DNA from: a virus
Virus record (IMG/VR): IMGVR_UViG_3300045988_035295
DNA length: 17,639 nucleotides
Strand: one strand, 5' to 3'
Shown here: positions 5,439-13,293 of the stretch, piece by piece
Layout of the letters: each line of letters opens with the position of its first letter
Numbering within the stretch: position 1 is the first letter of the stretch
Notes under the pieces: generated by a model
The model's input: the letters and a program-made list of their open reading frames with translations, nothing else
Databases searched by the model: none
What the model was told of the DNA's origin: nothing
Translations under genes and position numbers: made by a program

Positions 5439-7169
5439 ATGCCAACCACTCCAGTGGTGACGCCGAAGCAGCAGTTGCGCCCGCTCACCGAATTCAACAA
5501 CGCACAGATTCTCAACATGATTCGAAACGAGGCATCGCCCGAATATCAGAGGCGTATGCCCTCGGCCACCCAAATGAACATGGACAGGCAAATGGCCACC
5601 CTCATGTCATCCACCCAGCTCAAGAACGAGTTTTATTCGGCTCTCGTCAACCGCATTGGCGGCACCTACGTGAACACGTGGCGTTGGAATAACCCTCTTG
5701 GCGTTTTTCAGCGTGCGTCTCAGGTATATGGCGACACGTGGCAGGAAATCGCCGTCGGCATGCCGCTCGCACAGGTGTACGACCCCGACGCGGAATATTT
5801 GGGCGCGGACAACTTCCGTAAGTGGAAAATCGATGTGGATTCGCTCTACCACCGTCTGGACTTTGCTCACTGGTATCCCGCGACTACGGATGACAAGACA
5901 CTCCAGCGCGCTTTCACCTCCGAAACCGGCCTAGCCTCGCTCACTTCTCAGATTCTCACCTCCTGTTATAATGCGGCCGAGGTTGACTTGTTTGAGGCCA
6001 TGTGCCACCAGTTCGTGGAATACGCAAAGCTGGGCGGATATTGGCGCGTACACATGGCCAACGACCTGAACGACATGGGCAGTTCGGAAACCGACGCGCG
6101 CGACATGTTGCGCCAGATTCGCGCATGGGCTGACACGCTGAAGTTCGTGTCCACCCGGTACAATGCGCGTCACATGCCGACGTTTGCCCGCCCGGATGAA
6201 CTCGTGTTGTTCTGCTCCCCCGAGGTCAAGTCCGCGCTTGATGTTCAGGGCCTCGCCACGGTGTTCCAGCGTACCGACGCAAAACCGACCATTGACCGGA
6301 TTATTGTTATTCCGCAAGACAGGTTTGGCATGGATGGCGTGCAGGCGATTCTCACCACTGATAAATTCCTCATCGATATTCCCGTCATCAATGAGATGAC
6401 CCAGCAGACCAATCCAGTCAACATCAATTCAGTCAACCATTATTTGCATGTTCAGCATATTATTTCGGTGTCCGGCTTTGCCCCGGCTGTGATGTTCTGG
6501 ACGGGTGCGGGGTCTACTGCCAAGGTGGTGGCGCCGACCGGCACGACGGCCGAGACGCCGACGTTCCAGCTCAAACTCGCCATGTACGGCGGTGGCGCGA
6601 CCACGCCGGACAGCGTGGCGCGTGGCGGAGCGGTGCAGGTCACCGCCGACACGGCCATTTCCAACGATGGTGCGGCCACGTTCCGCTCGGATGCTGTTGA
6701 GTATCGCATCGGTGACACCGCTAGGCCCAAGAGCGATTACACCTACATTTCGCCGACCGGCGTGCTTGTTGTCGGTTTGGATGAGCCGAACGTCGCTATC
6801 CCGGTTACAGCAACCGCGCTATATACGAACCCGGCGACGCCGGAGGTGCCGGGCACCGTGTCCGCCGCCCTGAACGTGCCGGTGGTCGGCGAAGGTGTCA
6901 TCGGATTCAACCCGTCGATCGTCGCGTCCATTGCCGTAACCGTCCCGAACGTGACCGTAGGCCATACGGTGCGGGCTACCGCCGTGGCGACCATGATTGA
7001 CGGCCGAACCGCCGACGTGACCGCACAAGCCGCATGGACGTCCAGCGCCTCAGCCAACGCCACCGTATCCGAGTCGGGTGTCGTTACGGGCGTCAAGGCG
7101 GGTGCGTCCGACATCACCGCCACGCTGTTCGGCGTGTCCGGCAAGAAGAGCGTGACCGTGGCCGCGTGA
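5439..7169 (+). CDS. Major capsid protein (phi29 gp8-like) with a C-terminal Big_2 Ig-like domain, 576 aa
   Basis: ATG at 5439 with AAGAAGGA upstream. By-eye matches to phi29 gp8: ILNMIRNE matches IVNAIRNS, NEFYSALVNRIG....NNPL matches NDFITSLVDRIG....NNPL, and CYNAAEVDLFE matches IYNSAEVDEYE. The C-terminus WTSSASANATVSESGVVTGVKAGASDITATLFGVSGKKSVTV is a typical Big_2 signature. Confidence 0.92.
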   Translation: MPTTPVVTPKQQLRPLTEFNNAQILNMIRNEASPEYQRRMPSATQMNMDRQMATLMSSTQLKNEFYSALVNRIGGTYVNTWRWNNPLGVFQRASQVYGDTWQEIAVGMPLAQVYDPDAEYLGADNFRKWKIDVDSLYHRLDFAHWYPATTDDKTLQRAFTSETGLASLTSQILTSCYNAAEVDLFEAMCHQFVEYAKLGGYWRVHMANDLNDMGSSETDARDMLRQIRAWADTLKFVSTRYNARHMPTFARPDELVLFCSPEVKSALDVQGLATVFQRTDAKPTIDRIIVIPQDRFGMDGVQAILTTDKFLIDIPVINEMTQQTNPVNINSVNHYLHVQHIISVSGFAPAVMFWTGAGSTAKVVAPTGTTAETPTFQLKLAMYGGGATTPDSVARGGAVQVTADTAISNDGAATFRSDAVEYRIGDTARPKSDYTYISPTGVLVVGLDEPNVAIPVTATALYTNPATPEVPGTVSAALNVPVVGEGVIGFNPSIVASIAVTVPNVTVGHTVRATAVATMIDGRTADVTAQAAWTSSASANATVSESGVVTGVKAGASDITATLFGVSGKKSVTVAA

Positions 7170-7175
7170 TATAAT
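7167..7175 (+). promoter_or_regulatory. Extended -10-like element TGATATAAT overlapping the capsid stop codon
   Basis: TGnTATAAT, with the same 10-mer GTGATATAAT found at 13290-13299. No clear -35. It may not function, because hairpins follow immediately. Confidence 0.3.
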
Positions 7176-7203
7176 GAGAGAGTGGCCGGTCGGCTACTCT
7201 CTC
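7176..7203 (+). terminator. Hairpin directly after the capsid gene (12-bp stem, one G-U pair, GGTC loop)
   Basis: GAGAGAGTGGCC (7176-7187) pairs with GGCTACTCTCTC (7192-7203). No U-tract follows. Confidence 0.4.
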
Positions 7204-7225
7204 TCACGATATGATGCAGGACAAG

Positions 7226-7263
7226 GCCCGGAGCGTAGCCCACGTGAGCGCTCCGGGCTTTGT
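7226..7263 (+). terminator. Rho-independent terminator after the capsid gene
   Basis: GCCCGGAGCG (7226-7235) pairs with CGCTCCGGGC (7249-7258). The loop is 13 nt and contains CACGTG. TTTGT follows. Confidence 0.6.
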
Positions 7264-7292
7264 CATACCGGAGGTTGGATGATGATTGATGA

Positions 7293-7406
7293 CGCGAACC
7301 CCTAGTGGACAATACCGGTCTAGTCACTGGAGTGGCCGCCGGTTCCACCAAGCTGACGGCCGCGCTGTTCGGTGTCGGCTGTCAGGGCACTGTGACAGTC
7401 GCCTAA
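7293..7406 (+). pseudogene. Remnant of the C-terminal half of a Big_2 Ig-like domain, with no start codon
   Basis: The open frame after TGA at 7290 translates to REPLVDNTGLVTGVAAGSTKLTAALFGVGCQGTVTVA*. This parallels the capsid C-terminus VSESGVVTGVKAGASDITATLFGVSGKKSVTVAA*. A GGAGG plus ATGATG at 7279 opens an 8-codon ORF in a different frame. Confidence 0.55.
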
Positions 7407-7421
7407 TCTGCGATATAATAA

Positions 7422-7451
7422 AAGGGAGTGTTTCACGTGAAACACTCCCTT
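7422..7451. promoter_or_regulatory. Perfect 30-bp palindrome AAGGGAGTGTTTCACGTGAAACACTCCCTT (motif copy 3)
   Basis: The sequence is its own reverse complement. It lies between TATAAT (7414-7419) and the tail-knob start (7470). It is flanked by an A-run and TTCTTT, so it could also act as a terminator hairpin. Confidence 0.75.
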
Positions 7452-7469
7452 CTTTATGAAAGGGATAGT

Positions 7470-9719
7470 ATGCTGAGAGATATCAACCCTAACGTCGAGG
7501 CGACGTTTAACTGGGCTCAATGGACGCCCAACACGTCGTTGAAACTCTGTAACGTGCCGTGGGATAGCGGCTACCGTGACCTAGCCCGGTTCGAATCACC
7601 GCAGAAACAACAGGAATGGTTCGACCGACGGCCCGGCATTGACGGGGTGTGTGGAGTCATGCACATGTTCGGCCAACCCGTGCGCGTCGAACTGCCATTT
7701 AACGAGGCGTCCAACTACAACTATGTCGTGGTGTATAACGATTACCCCGACTTGGAGGCGCCACGGTATTGGTATTATTTCATCAACCACGTGGATTACA
7801 TCAATGCGTACACTACTCAGCTCACTGTACAGTTGGACGTTTGGCAGTCGTTCCAGCATGTACTTAGGTTTGGTTCATGCTATGTGGTGCGAGGCCATAT
7901 CGGCATTGCCAACGAAAACCAGATGACCGATTATGGTCGTAGTTATCTCGCACTACCCGAGGGGCTGGACACCGGTAGCGAAATGGTGACGGTAAACCAA
8001 CAGTACAAGTCTCTTATCGGCATGGACGGGAAAAATCTGAATTACGGCGTAATAGTCGTGAGCACGGTAGATTTGTCAGCGGACGCGGGCAGTCGGGAAA
8101 AACCGTCTCTCACTACTGCGGGCGGCTCTCTGTTTGAGAACATGGCTAACGGTGCTGAAATACTGTACTTTAAGGACATCCAGTCTATCCAAGTGTTTAT
8201 GGGAGTGGGCTCTACTTTTTCATGGATAACACAGGGTATTGTAAACATGTACATGATACCCTCTTTAGATGATGACTTTCTTAAGCAATCCGGCTATGTC
8301 GTAGATAAGCTGTTTGGGAAAACACTCCCTTCGGAATTAAATAATCGTATCTACCGTTTCCCCCAGCCGGCCACAAATGCGCCCAGCAGATATGAAGACA
8401 TTATTGCCATTAATGATTTTCGTGATAATTTTAATATCCCTAAACGTTATAAAAACCTTAAAAAACTCAAATGCTACCCCTATTCCACTGTTGAATGCAC
8501 TTGCTTGAATGGCACTAATATCACCTATAAGCCCGAAAATATCCAAAGCGATGATCTGGTTATTAGAGAGGTGCATAATTACGCGCCCAATGGCGCGCGC
8601 TTGAACTTTTACCCGGTTGGGTACAATAAGGCGGGTGCAAGCGAGATTGCTCCTCTTGGTGAAAACAATGGGTTGCCCATTGATAGCGGGGAAATGTTGG
8701 ACGCCGCGTTTGGTATCAGCAATTTCCCTCAATTTGTGATAGTCAACAATGGTGCCCAGTTGGCAATGGCAAACAGTGCCTACACTCGTTCCTACAGTCA
8801 ACAGTCCGCAGACTGGGCGTACCAAAAAGCGCAGATGGGCGTCAGTCAGTCTCTTGCGGCCACGGCCATGCAGAACCAGTACAATACCCAAGCCAACAAA
8901 CTCGCTATCGGCAACCGCAACGCCAATAACGCGATACAAGCAACCTCGCTTAACACCAGTCTGGACAACACGACGTATATCAACAATCAGCGAGCTGACC
9001 TTGCACAGCTGAATAACGTGGTCAACGGCGTGGTCGGGGTGGCGGGTAACGCCGCTTCGGGCAATGTCGGGGGCGCGGTATCGGCATTAGGCGGCGCGGT
9101 CATGAATGGTGTCAACACTGAAGCGAACCGCAGTATCAACAATACCGCCGCCCAACTTTCCACGGCGAACTCGCTGAGTACCAACGCGGCCGCAACAAGT
9201 CAGGCCAACACATACGGCTCTCAGACTACAGCGCTTTCAAACCAGTTGGCCCAAAATATGGCGGATATGAACGCGGATTACGCGCAACGTTCCGCGTTCG
9301 GAGACTATCAAAACACCATTGCGGGCATCAATGCACAGGTACAGCAGATGCAATTAACACCCCCGACCACATCCGGCGCCATCGGCGGAGACGGTTTTAA
9401 CCTCGCGAACGGTATTGTCGGGGTGTTGGTTCGATTTAAGACGTGCGCACCCTCAGCTCTGCGGAGCGTCGGAGAATACATGTTGCGTTACGGGTATTTT
9501 ATCCAGCGTTTCATCACGCCGCCGCAATCGCTGGAATGTATGACAAAATTCACCTACTGGCAGATGCAAGAGTGTTACGTGCGAGGTGATCTGCCCGAGC
9601 AGTATCGGCAGACCATTAAAGGCGTGTTCGAGTCTGGGACTACCATATGGACCAACCCGGATGATATCGGCGTGACCGATTGGGCGGATAACGACCCATT
9701 GCCCGGCATTTCATTCTAG
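7470..9719 (+). CDS. Tail knob / distal tube protein (phi29 gp9-like), 750 aa
   Basis: ATG at 7470 with AAAGGGA upstream. The GTG at 7428 lies inside the palindrome and was rejected. By-eye matches to phi29 gp9: CNVPWDSGYRD..F.....Q..WF matches ADVPFSNDYKN..F.....Q..WF, and NYNYVVVYND....RYWYYFI........TQLTVQLDVWQSF matches SASYIMFQNA....KWFYAFV........TYVHFEIDVLQTW. Confidence 0.88.
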   Translation: MLRDINPNVEATFNWAQWTPNTSLKLCNVPWDSGYRDLARFESPQKQQEWFDRRPGIDGVCGVMHMFGQPVRVELPFNEASNYNYVVVYNDYPDLEAPRYWYYFINHVDYINAYTTQLTVQLDVWQSFQHVLRFGSCYVVRGHIGIANENQMTDYGRSYLALPEGLDTGSEMVTVNQQYKSLIGMDGKNLNYGVIVVSTVDLSADAGSREKPSLTTAGGSLFENMANGAEILYFKDIQSIQVFMGVGSTFSWITQGIVNMYMIPSLDDDFLKQSGYVVDKLFGKTLPSELNNRIYRFPQPATNAPSRYEDIIAINDFRDNFNIPKRYKNLKKLKCYPYSTVECTCLNGTNITYKPENIQSDDLVIREVHNYAPNGARLNFYPVGYNKAGASEIAPLGENNGLPIDSGEMLDAAFGISNFPQFVIVNNGAQLAMANSAYTRSYSQQSADWAYQKAQMGVSQSLAATAMQNQYNTQANKLAIGNRNANNAIQATSLNTSLDNTTYINNQRADLAQLNNVVNGVVGVAGNAASGNVGGAVSALGGAVMNGVNTEANRSINNTAAQLSTANSLSTNAAATSQANTYGSQTTALSNQLAQNMADMNADYAQRSAFGDYQNTIAGINAQVQQMQLTPPTTSGAIGGDGFNLANGIVGVLVRFKTCAPSALRSVGEYMLRYGYFIQRFITPPQSLECMTKFTYWQMQECYVRGDLPEQYRQTIKGVFESGTTIWTNPDDIGVTDWADNDPLPGISF

Positions 9720-9728
9720 TGCTATACT
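9720..9728 (+). promoter_or_regulatory. Extended -10-like element TGCTATACT right after the tail-knob stop
   Basis: TGnTATACT at 9720-9728, only 6 nt before the portal ATG at 9735. If it functions, the portal mRNA would be leaderless or nearly so. Confidence 0.25.
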
Positions 9729-9734
9729 AGAGAC

Positions 9735-10691
9735 ATGTCTAGGTCGAGGAAAAATCAGGATCGTAGGGGCGGCGCGTTGCATCCGCGTGGCAATTACGCC
9801 AAGGCACGCGCCGCCAGCCTTGACGCAATGTACTACCATCTGCTGACTGAACTGGCACTGAACCGGTTCAGCTGGCGGGGACTGCCGCCAACCGTAGATG
9901 AACGATGGCTGGAAATATGCCTCTGCGAATACGGGTGCGCGCTCTTCTTCGAAGACAAACGCATAGGTCGATTCCTCGCCACGCAAGCCGGTTATCAAGG
10001 CCGACTGAACGTGTATGACAACCCGACGTGCTTTGAACCGGTGGGCGTCAACTACCATTACAAGCAACTCAAGGCGGGCCGAGAGTGCATCCCCATTTGG
10101 GACAATCGTATGCGCATGAGTTTCAAAGATATCTTATGGCAGTATGCGAGACGCCTTGCCGACATTGACAAGGCGTATGATGTGAACTTGGAGAGCCTGA
10201 AACTGCCGACCATTATCACCGCCGACCCGCGCACGAAACTCACCGTGCAAAACATGCTTCAGCAACGGCAGGACGGCCAAGACTATATTATCGGCTACGA
10301 TTCACTAGACCCCGGTAGTATGTTCCAACCGTGGCCCAACACCACCCCCTATCTGCTGGACAAGTTCATCCAGCAGAAAACGCAAGTGACTAATGAGATA
10401 CTAGGATATTTGGGCATCCAGTCCAGCGGCACGGAAAAAAAGGAACGGCTCATCTCCGACGAGGTGGCGCAGGCCAACGAGAAGGTAGACGTGTTCCGGT
10501 TGAGTTTCCTCAAGGCCCGGCAGGCTGCGGCAACCGAGATTAACCGATTGTGGCCGCGACTTAACATCTGGGTGGAGTACGCGGACACTCAAAGCTCCGG
10601 CGTGCCGAACGCGCTTGATTCCAGCGTAAGCGGCACGACTGATATTGATATGCCCGCCTCGTATGATGCGGGTATCGGAGGTGTGTTGTAA
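9735..10691 (+). CDS. Portal / head-tail connector (upper collar, phi29 gp10-like), 318 aa
   Basis: By-eye matches to phi29 gp10: a basic N-terminus, F.W.GLPPTV matching FEWENLPPTI, and EKKERLISDEV matching EKKERMVTDEV. The size also matches (318 vs 309 aa). Confidence 0.9.
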   Translation: MSRSRKNQDRRGGALHPRGNYAKARAASLDAMYYHLLTELALNRFSWRGLPPTVDERWLEICLCEYGCALFFEDKRIGRFLATQAGYQGRLNVYDNPTCFEPVGVNYHYKQLKAGRECIPIWDNRMRMSFKDILWQYARRLADIDKAYDVNLESLKLPTIITADPRTKLTVQNMLQQRQDGQDYIIGYDSLDPGSMFQPWPNTTPYLLDKFIQQKTQVTNEILGYLGIQSSGTEKKERLISDEVAQANEKVDVFRLSFLKARQAAATEINRLWPRLNIWVEYADTQSSGVPNALDSSVSGTTDIDMPASYDAGIGGVL

Positions 10692-10924
10692 TGATGACTT
10701 GTGACACTATGACAAGACTTGTACGGGAAATGTATGAAGTCGCCGATAAAATCAGTAAGGTGGAAAGGGCTCTGGATGACTATGAAAACGGGAGTTTGTC
10801 CATGTCCGGCCATGCTGCGGAGCTACTGAAAAAACAAGCTGTTGCAATGAAAGCATATCATGATATCATTGCCGCACGTATTAGCCACCAAACGAGGGAG
10901 GCCACATATGGCACAGAGTTTTAG
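10691..10924 (+). CDS. Hypothetical small helical protein (77 aa)
   Basis: ATG overlaps the portal stop (TAATG) with GGAGGTG 7 nt upstream. The 3' end overlaps the next gene by 17 nt. No recognisable motif. Confidence 0.55.
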   Translation: MMTCDTMTRLVREMYEVADKISKVERALDDYENGSLSMSGHAAELLKKQAVAMKAYHDIIAARISHQTREATYGTEF

Positions 10925-11705
10925 CGCCTATGCGATGACAACGCCCGGCGAGTACACTGAAACCCTCGGCAATCTCATTGCGTTCGGATACGACACGGAT
11001 ACTAAACTGCATCTCAGCGCCGACTATTACCCGATCTACCGTGAAGACCACCGCGCCGAACTGAACGAGAAAATCGTGCGCCATTACGCGCTACGGGAAA
11101 TCGGACAGGAAACCGCGCAACAATTCATCTTCTATCTGGGCATGACATTGGCGGAAGTCATGCCATATTTTAATGAGCGCTACAGGACGCTAGCGTTGAA
11201 ATATGACCCATTGAACACTATGGAAATGGTCAGCGAAAGCCTGTCCAATACCGTAGCCCAGTCCAGCGGCAAAACCAGCGCCTCTCAAGATAGTGCGACC
11301 CGAAGCACCTCGGACGGCACCAGTTCAAGTAGCACCAAGTCCCAGTCCTACGACTCGGAAGTGCCCGCAACCGGCGTGCAAGGTGATTTTGCTCGATACG
11401 CGACTCATGCCAATCAGGCGCAAGCGGATACGGACGGCAGTAGCCATAGCACGCAAGACACCTCTTCTCAGTCCCATAGTACATCCAGCACGGAATGGCA
11501 GCACGACGCTACAGATGGGAGCACCAAATCCCACACGTCGGGCCGCTCCCAGTCCGCCATGAGCCTGATACAGGAGTACCGACAGGCGATTATCAATGTG
11601 GATATGGAAATCGTGCGGAGTCTCGAACCGTGTTTCATGCAGGTGTGGGGCTCGTATGATACAATTTTCAACAACAACTGCCATAACTATGGAGAATGGG
11701 AGTGA
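10908..11705 (+). CDS. Lower collar protein (phi29 gp11-like), 265 aa, with a Ser/Thr-rich insertion
   Basis: ATG at 10908 with GAGGGAGG 6 nt upstream. YPIYREDHRAELNEKIVRHYALREIGQET..QF...L...L.EVMPYFNERY matches the conserved N-terminal pattern I remember for lower collar proteins of phi29-like phages. It sits downstream of the portal. Confidence 0.75.
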   Translation: MAQSFSAYAMTTPGEYTETLGNLIAFGYDTDTKLHLSADYYPIYREDHRAELNEKIVRHYALREIGQETAQQFIFYLGMTLAEVMPYFNERYRTLALKYDPLNTMEMVSESLSNTVAQSSGKTSASQDSATRSTSDGTSSSSTKSQSYDSEVPATGVQGDFARYATHANQAQADTDGSSHSTQDTSSQSHSTSSTEWQHDATDGSTKSHTSGRSQSAMSLIQEYRQAIINVDMEIVRSLEPCFMQVWGSYDTIFNNNCHNYGEWE

Positions 11706-11707
11706 TC

Positions 11708-12265
11708 ATGGTTGCCATTAACGCGCTGGTTCCACGGCAACGCTTGTTTGACGGGGTGCCCACGTCCGTTCCGTTTACATATCGGGACGGATTGACCACG
11801 TTGCAGTTGATTGAATGCCTGCGTCACAATCTTGATGCTTTGCAGTCAGATTTTAACGCTCTGGTTGAGTCGGTGAATGCTGCGATTGACGCCAACAATC
11901 AGGATATCAGAAATATGGCTGATAACCTGCTCAGACAGATGGCCGCCCTACGTGAGGAACTTATCAGGCTTATCAAACAATCACAGGTCACAGGGTTGGC
12001 ATGGTCGCCAGTATACGGCAGACAGGACTCTTTGCAAACGGTGCTTGACGGAATGTACGACAATACGCGCAATCACGCCCTATTCTGGAGTGATTACGAT
12101 AACATGGAGCTACAGGCATCCGCATATGACGCGCTGGGGTTGACGGCCCGCGATTATGATTTACGCGCCACCGCCGTGGATAATTGCGTTCCCGGCGATT
12201 TTCCGGGACGTTCACAATTCCCCTACGGTAGGAGTATCCCCGAGGGTGAAGCAGTTATCAGCTAA
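11708..12265 (+). CDS. Putative appendage or fibre anchor structural protein, 185 aa
   Basis: ATG at 11708 with GGGAG 5 nt upstream. The N-terminal FTYRDGLTTLQLIECLRHNLDALQSDFNALVESVN resembles the N-terminal anchor helices of Gram-positive phage appendage or fibre proteins. A coiled-coil segment follows. The call rests on position and pattern only. Confidence 0.35.
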   Translation: MVAINALVPRQRLFDGVPTSVPFTYRDGLTTLQLIECLRHNLDALQSDFNALVESVNAAIDANNQDIRNMADNLLRQMAALREELIRLIKQSQVTGLAWSPVYGRQDSLQTVLDGMYDNTRNHALFWSDYDNMELQASAYDALGLTARDYDLRATAVDNCVPGDFPGRSQFPYGRSIPEGEAVIS

Positions 12266-12381
12266 TAACACAATTATGCTTTTTCGCCTCCGATCCCGAT
12301 TATTGTATAGGTGACGCTCAGGCGATAACAACAACATCGTCCAAGTTATCCAGTAGAATCCTTGTCAAGGAAGGTGTCATA

Positions 12382-13293
12382 ATGTCCAGTATCAACAAAA
12401 CCCCGCACTATAATCTCAGCCAGTTCGGCGACAGCCCGGACGATAAGCCATCGTGGCGCGGTGACTACACCGGCGACATGAGCAAAATCGATTCACAGAT
12501 GTACCGCAACGAAACGGATGCGACCACCGCCACGTCCACCGCCAATACGGCTAAGCACACTGCCGACAATGCCTTTGAGCTGGCGCAAACCAATAAGAGT
12601 GATATTGCTGAACAGGAGTCCTATTTTACCGCGCTCGGTGTGACCTCAGAGCCGACCGCGCAGGCGTTGATATCCACCATTAACGGTAAGGCGGAAAATA
12701 CCGCGTTGACGGCATTGCAGGGCACGGTGTCTTCTCTGTCCGGCAGGGTTGACGGTAAGGCCGACGCCTCGCAGGTGTATACCAAGGCGCAGGCCGACAC
12801 TACGTTTACCAAGCAGGGCGGATATTCGGGTACCGCGCAAGAGTTGAACACCGCTATTACGGGTACCGCGCAAGAGTTGAACACCGCTATTAGTGGAGTG
12901 TCTTCAAGTTTCGAGCAATTCAAGGAGGACGGCCAGACGCCGACTAACATCGGCACACAAACGCAATCGAACTACTCCGGGCTTAATGTTGCGTTCTCGG
13001 CCTATTATTCGCCACTGACGCATCTCGTCGTGATTCGCGGCGGTCTTCATGGCACAACCGCGTCACCCTTGGAGGCGGGCGCACATCAGCTTGGCTCAAT
13101 TAACCCAAAGTATGCGCCCGCGGATTACGATCTTCAAGCAATTTGCGATTACAATTTTGGCAACTCCAGCGACGGCGCAAGGTTGGAAATCAGGACGAGC
13201 GGGGTGATCCAATTCCGAAACTGGAAGACGGTTAGTAAAGGTCAGCCAATCAATGCCGATGCCTGCGTGTCCTACTACATTCTATCAGAGTGA
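12382..13293 (+). CDS. Putative tail fibre / receptor-binding protein, 303 aa
   Basis: SD AAGGAAGGTG lies upstream. The N-terminus has a fibre-like pattern, HYNLSQFGD...W..D...DM.KID. An Ala/Thr-rich helical shaft contains short repeats. The C-terminal domain is beta-rich and globular. Intergenic spacers flank the gene on both sides, which gives it a cassette-like layout. Confidence 0.55.
   Translation: MSSINKTPHYNLSQFGDSPDDKPSWRGDYTGDMSKIDSQMYRNETDATTATSTANTAKHTADNAFELAQTNKSDIAEQESYFTALGVTSEPTAQALISTINGKAENTALTALQGTVSSLSGRVDGKADASQVYTKAQADTTFTKQGGYSGTAQELNTAITGTAQELNTAISGVSSSFEQFKEDGQTPTNIGTQTQSNYSGLNVAFSAYYSPLTHLVVIRGGLHGTTASPLEAGAHQLGSINPKYAPADYDLQAICDYNFGNSSDGARLEIRTSGVIQFRNWKTVSKGQPINADACVSYYILSE
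12828..12893 (+). repeat. In-frame 33-bp tandem duplication (32/33 identical) in the fibre gene
   Basis: GGGTACCGCGCAAGAGTTGAACACCGCTATTA(C/G) occurs at 12828-12860 and 12861-12893. It encodes GTAQELNTAIT then GTAQELNTAIS. Confidence 0.95.

Noticed and set aside
6743-7351. Long antisense ORFs: 6743..7351, 8337..8939, 14695..15237, 5931..6317 and others on the minus strand.
   Set aside because: Each lies entirely opposite a confidently identified + strand gene (capsid, tail knob or ATPase). They have no SD, and their biased composition is typical of shadow ORFs.
7066-7406. The capsid 3' end plus a similar downstream non-coding copy might be a diversity-generating retroelement VR/TR pair.
   Set aside because: The two copies differ at many positions with no adenine-specific pattern. 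Identity is only moderate, and no reverse transcriptase or accessory gene exists anywhere in the genome.
7428-7469. GTG start at 7428 for the tail-knob ORF, as in the ORF track (MFHVKHSLLYERDS...).
   Set aside because: This start lies in the middle of the 30-bp perfect palindrome and has no SD. The in-frame ATG at 7470 has an SD, and the similarity to gp9 begins downstream of 7470, so the upstream extension adds nothing to the match.
9722-9745. 10-bp palindrome AGACATGTCT spanning the portal start codon.
   Set aside because: It is short and unique in the genome, and it is unrelated to the GTTTCACGTGAAAC family. A 10-bp palindrome of unspecified sequence is expected by chance in 17.6 kb.
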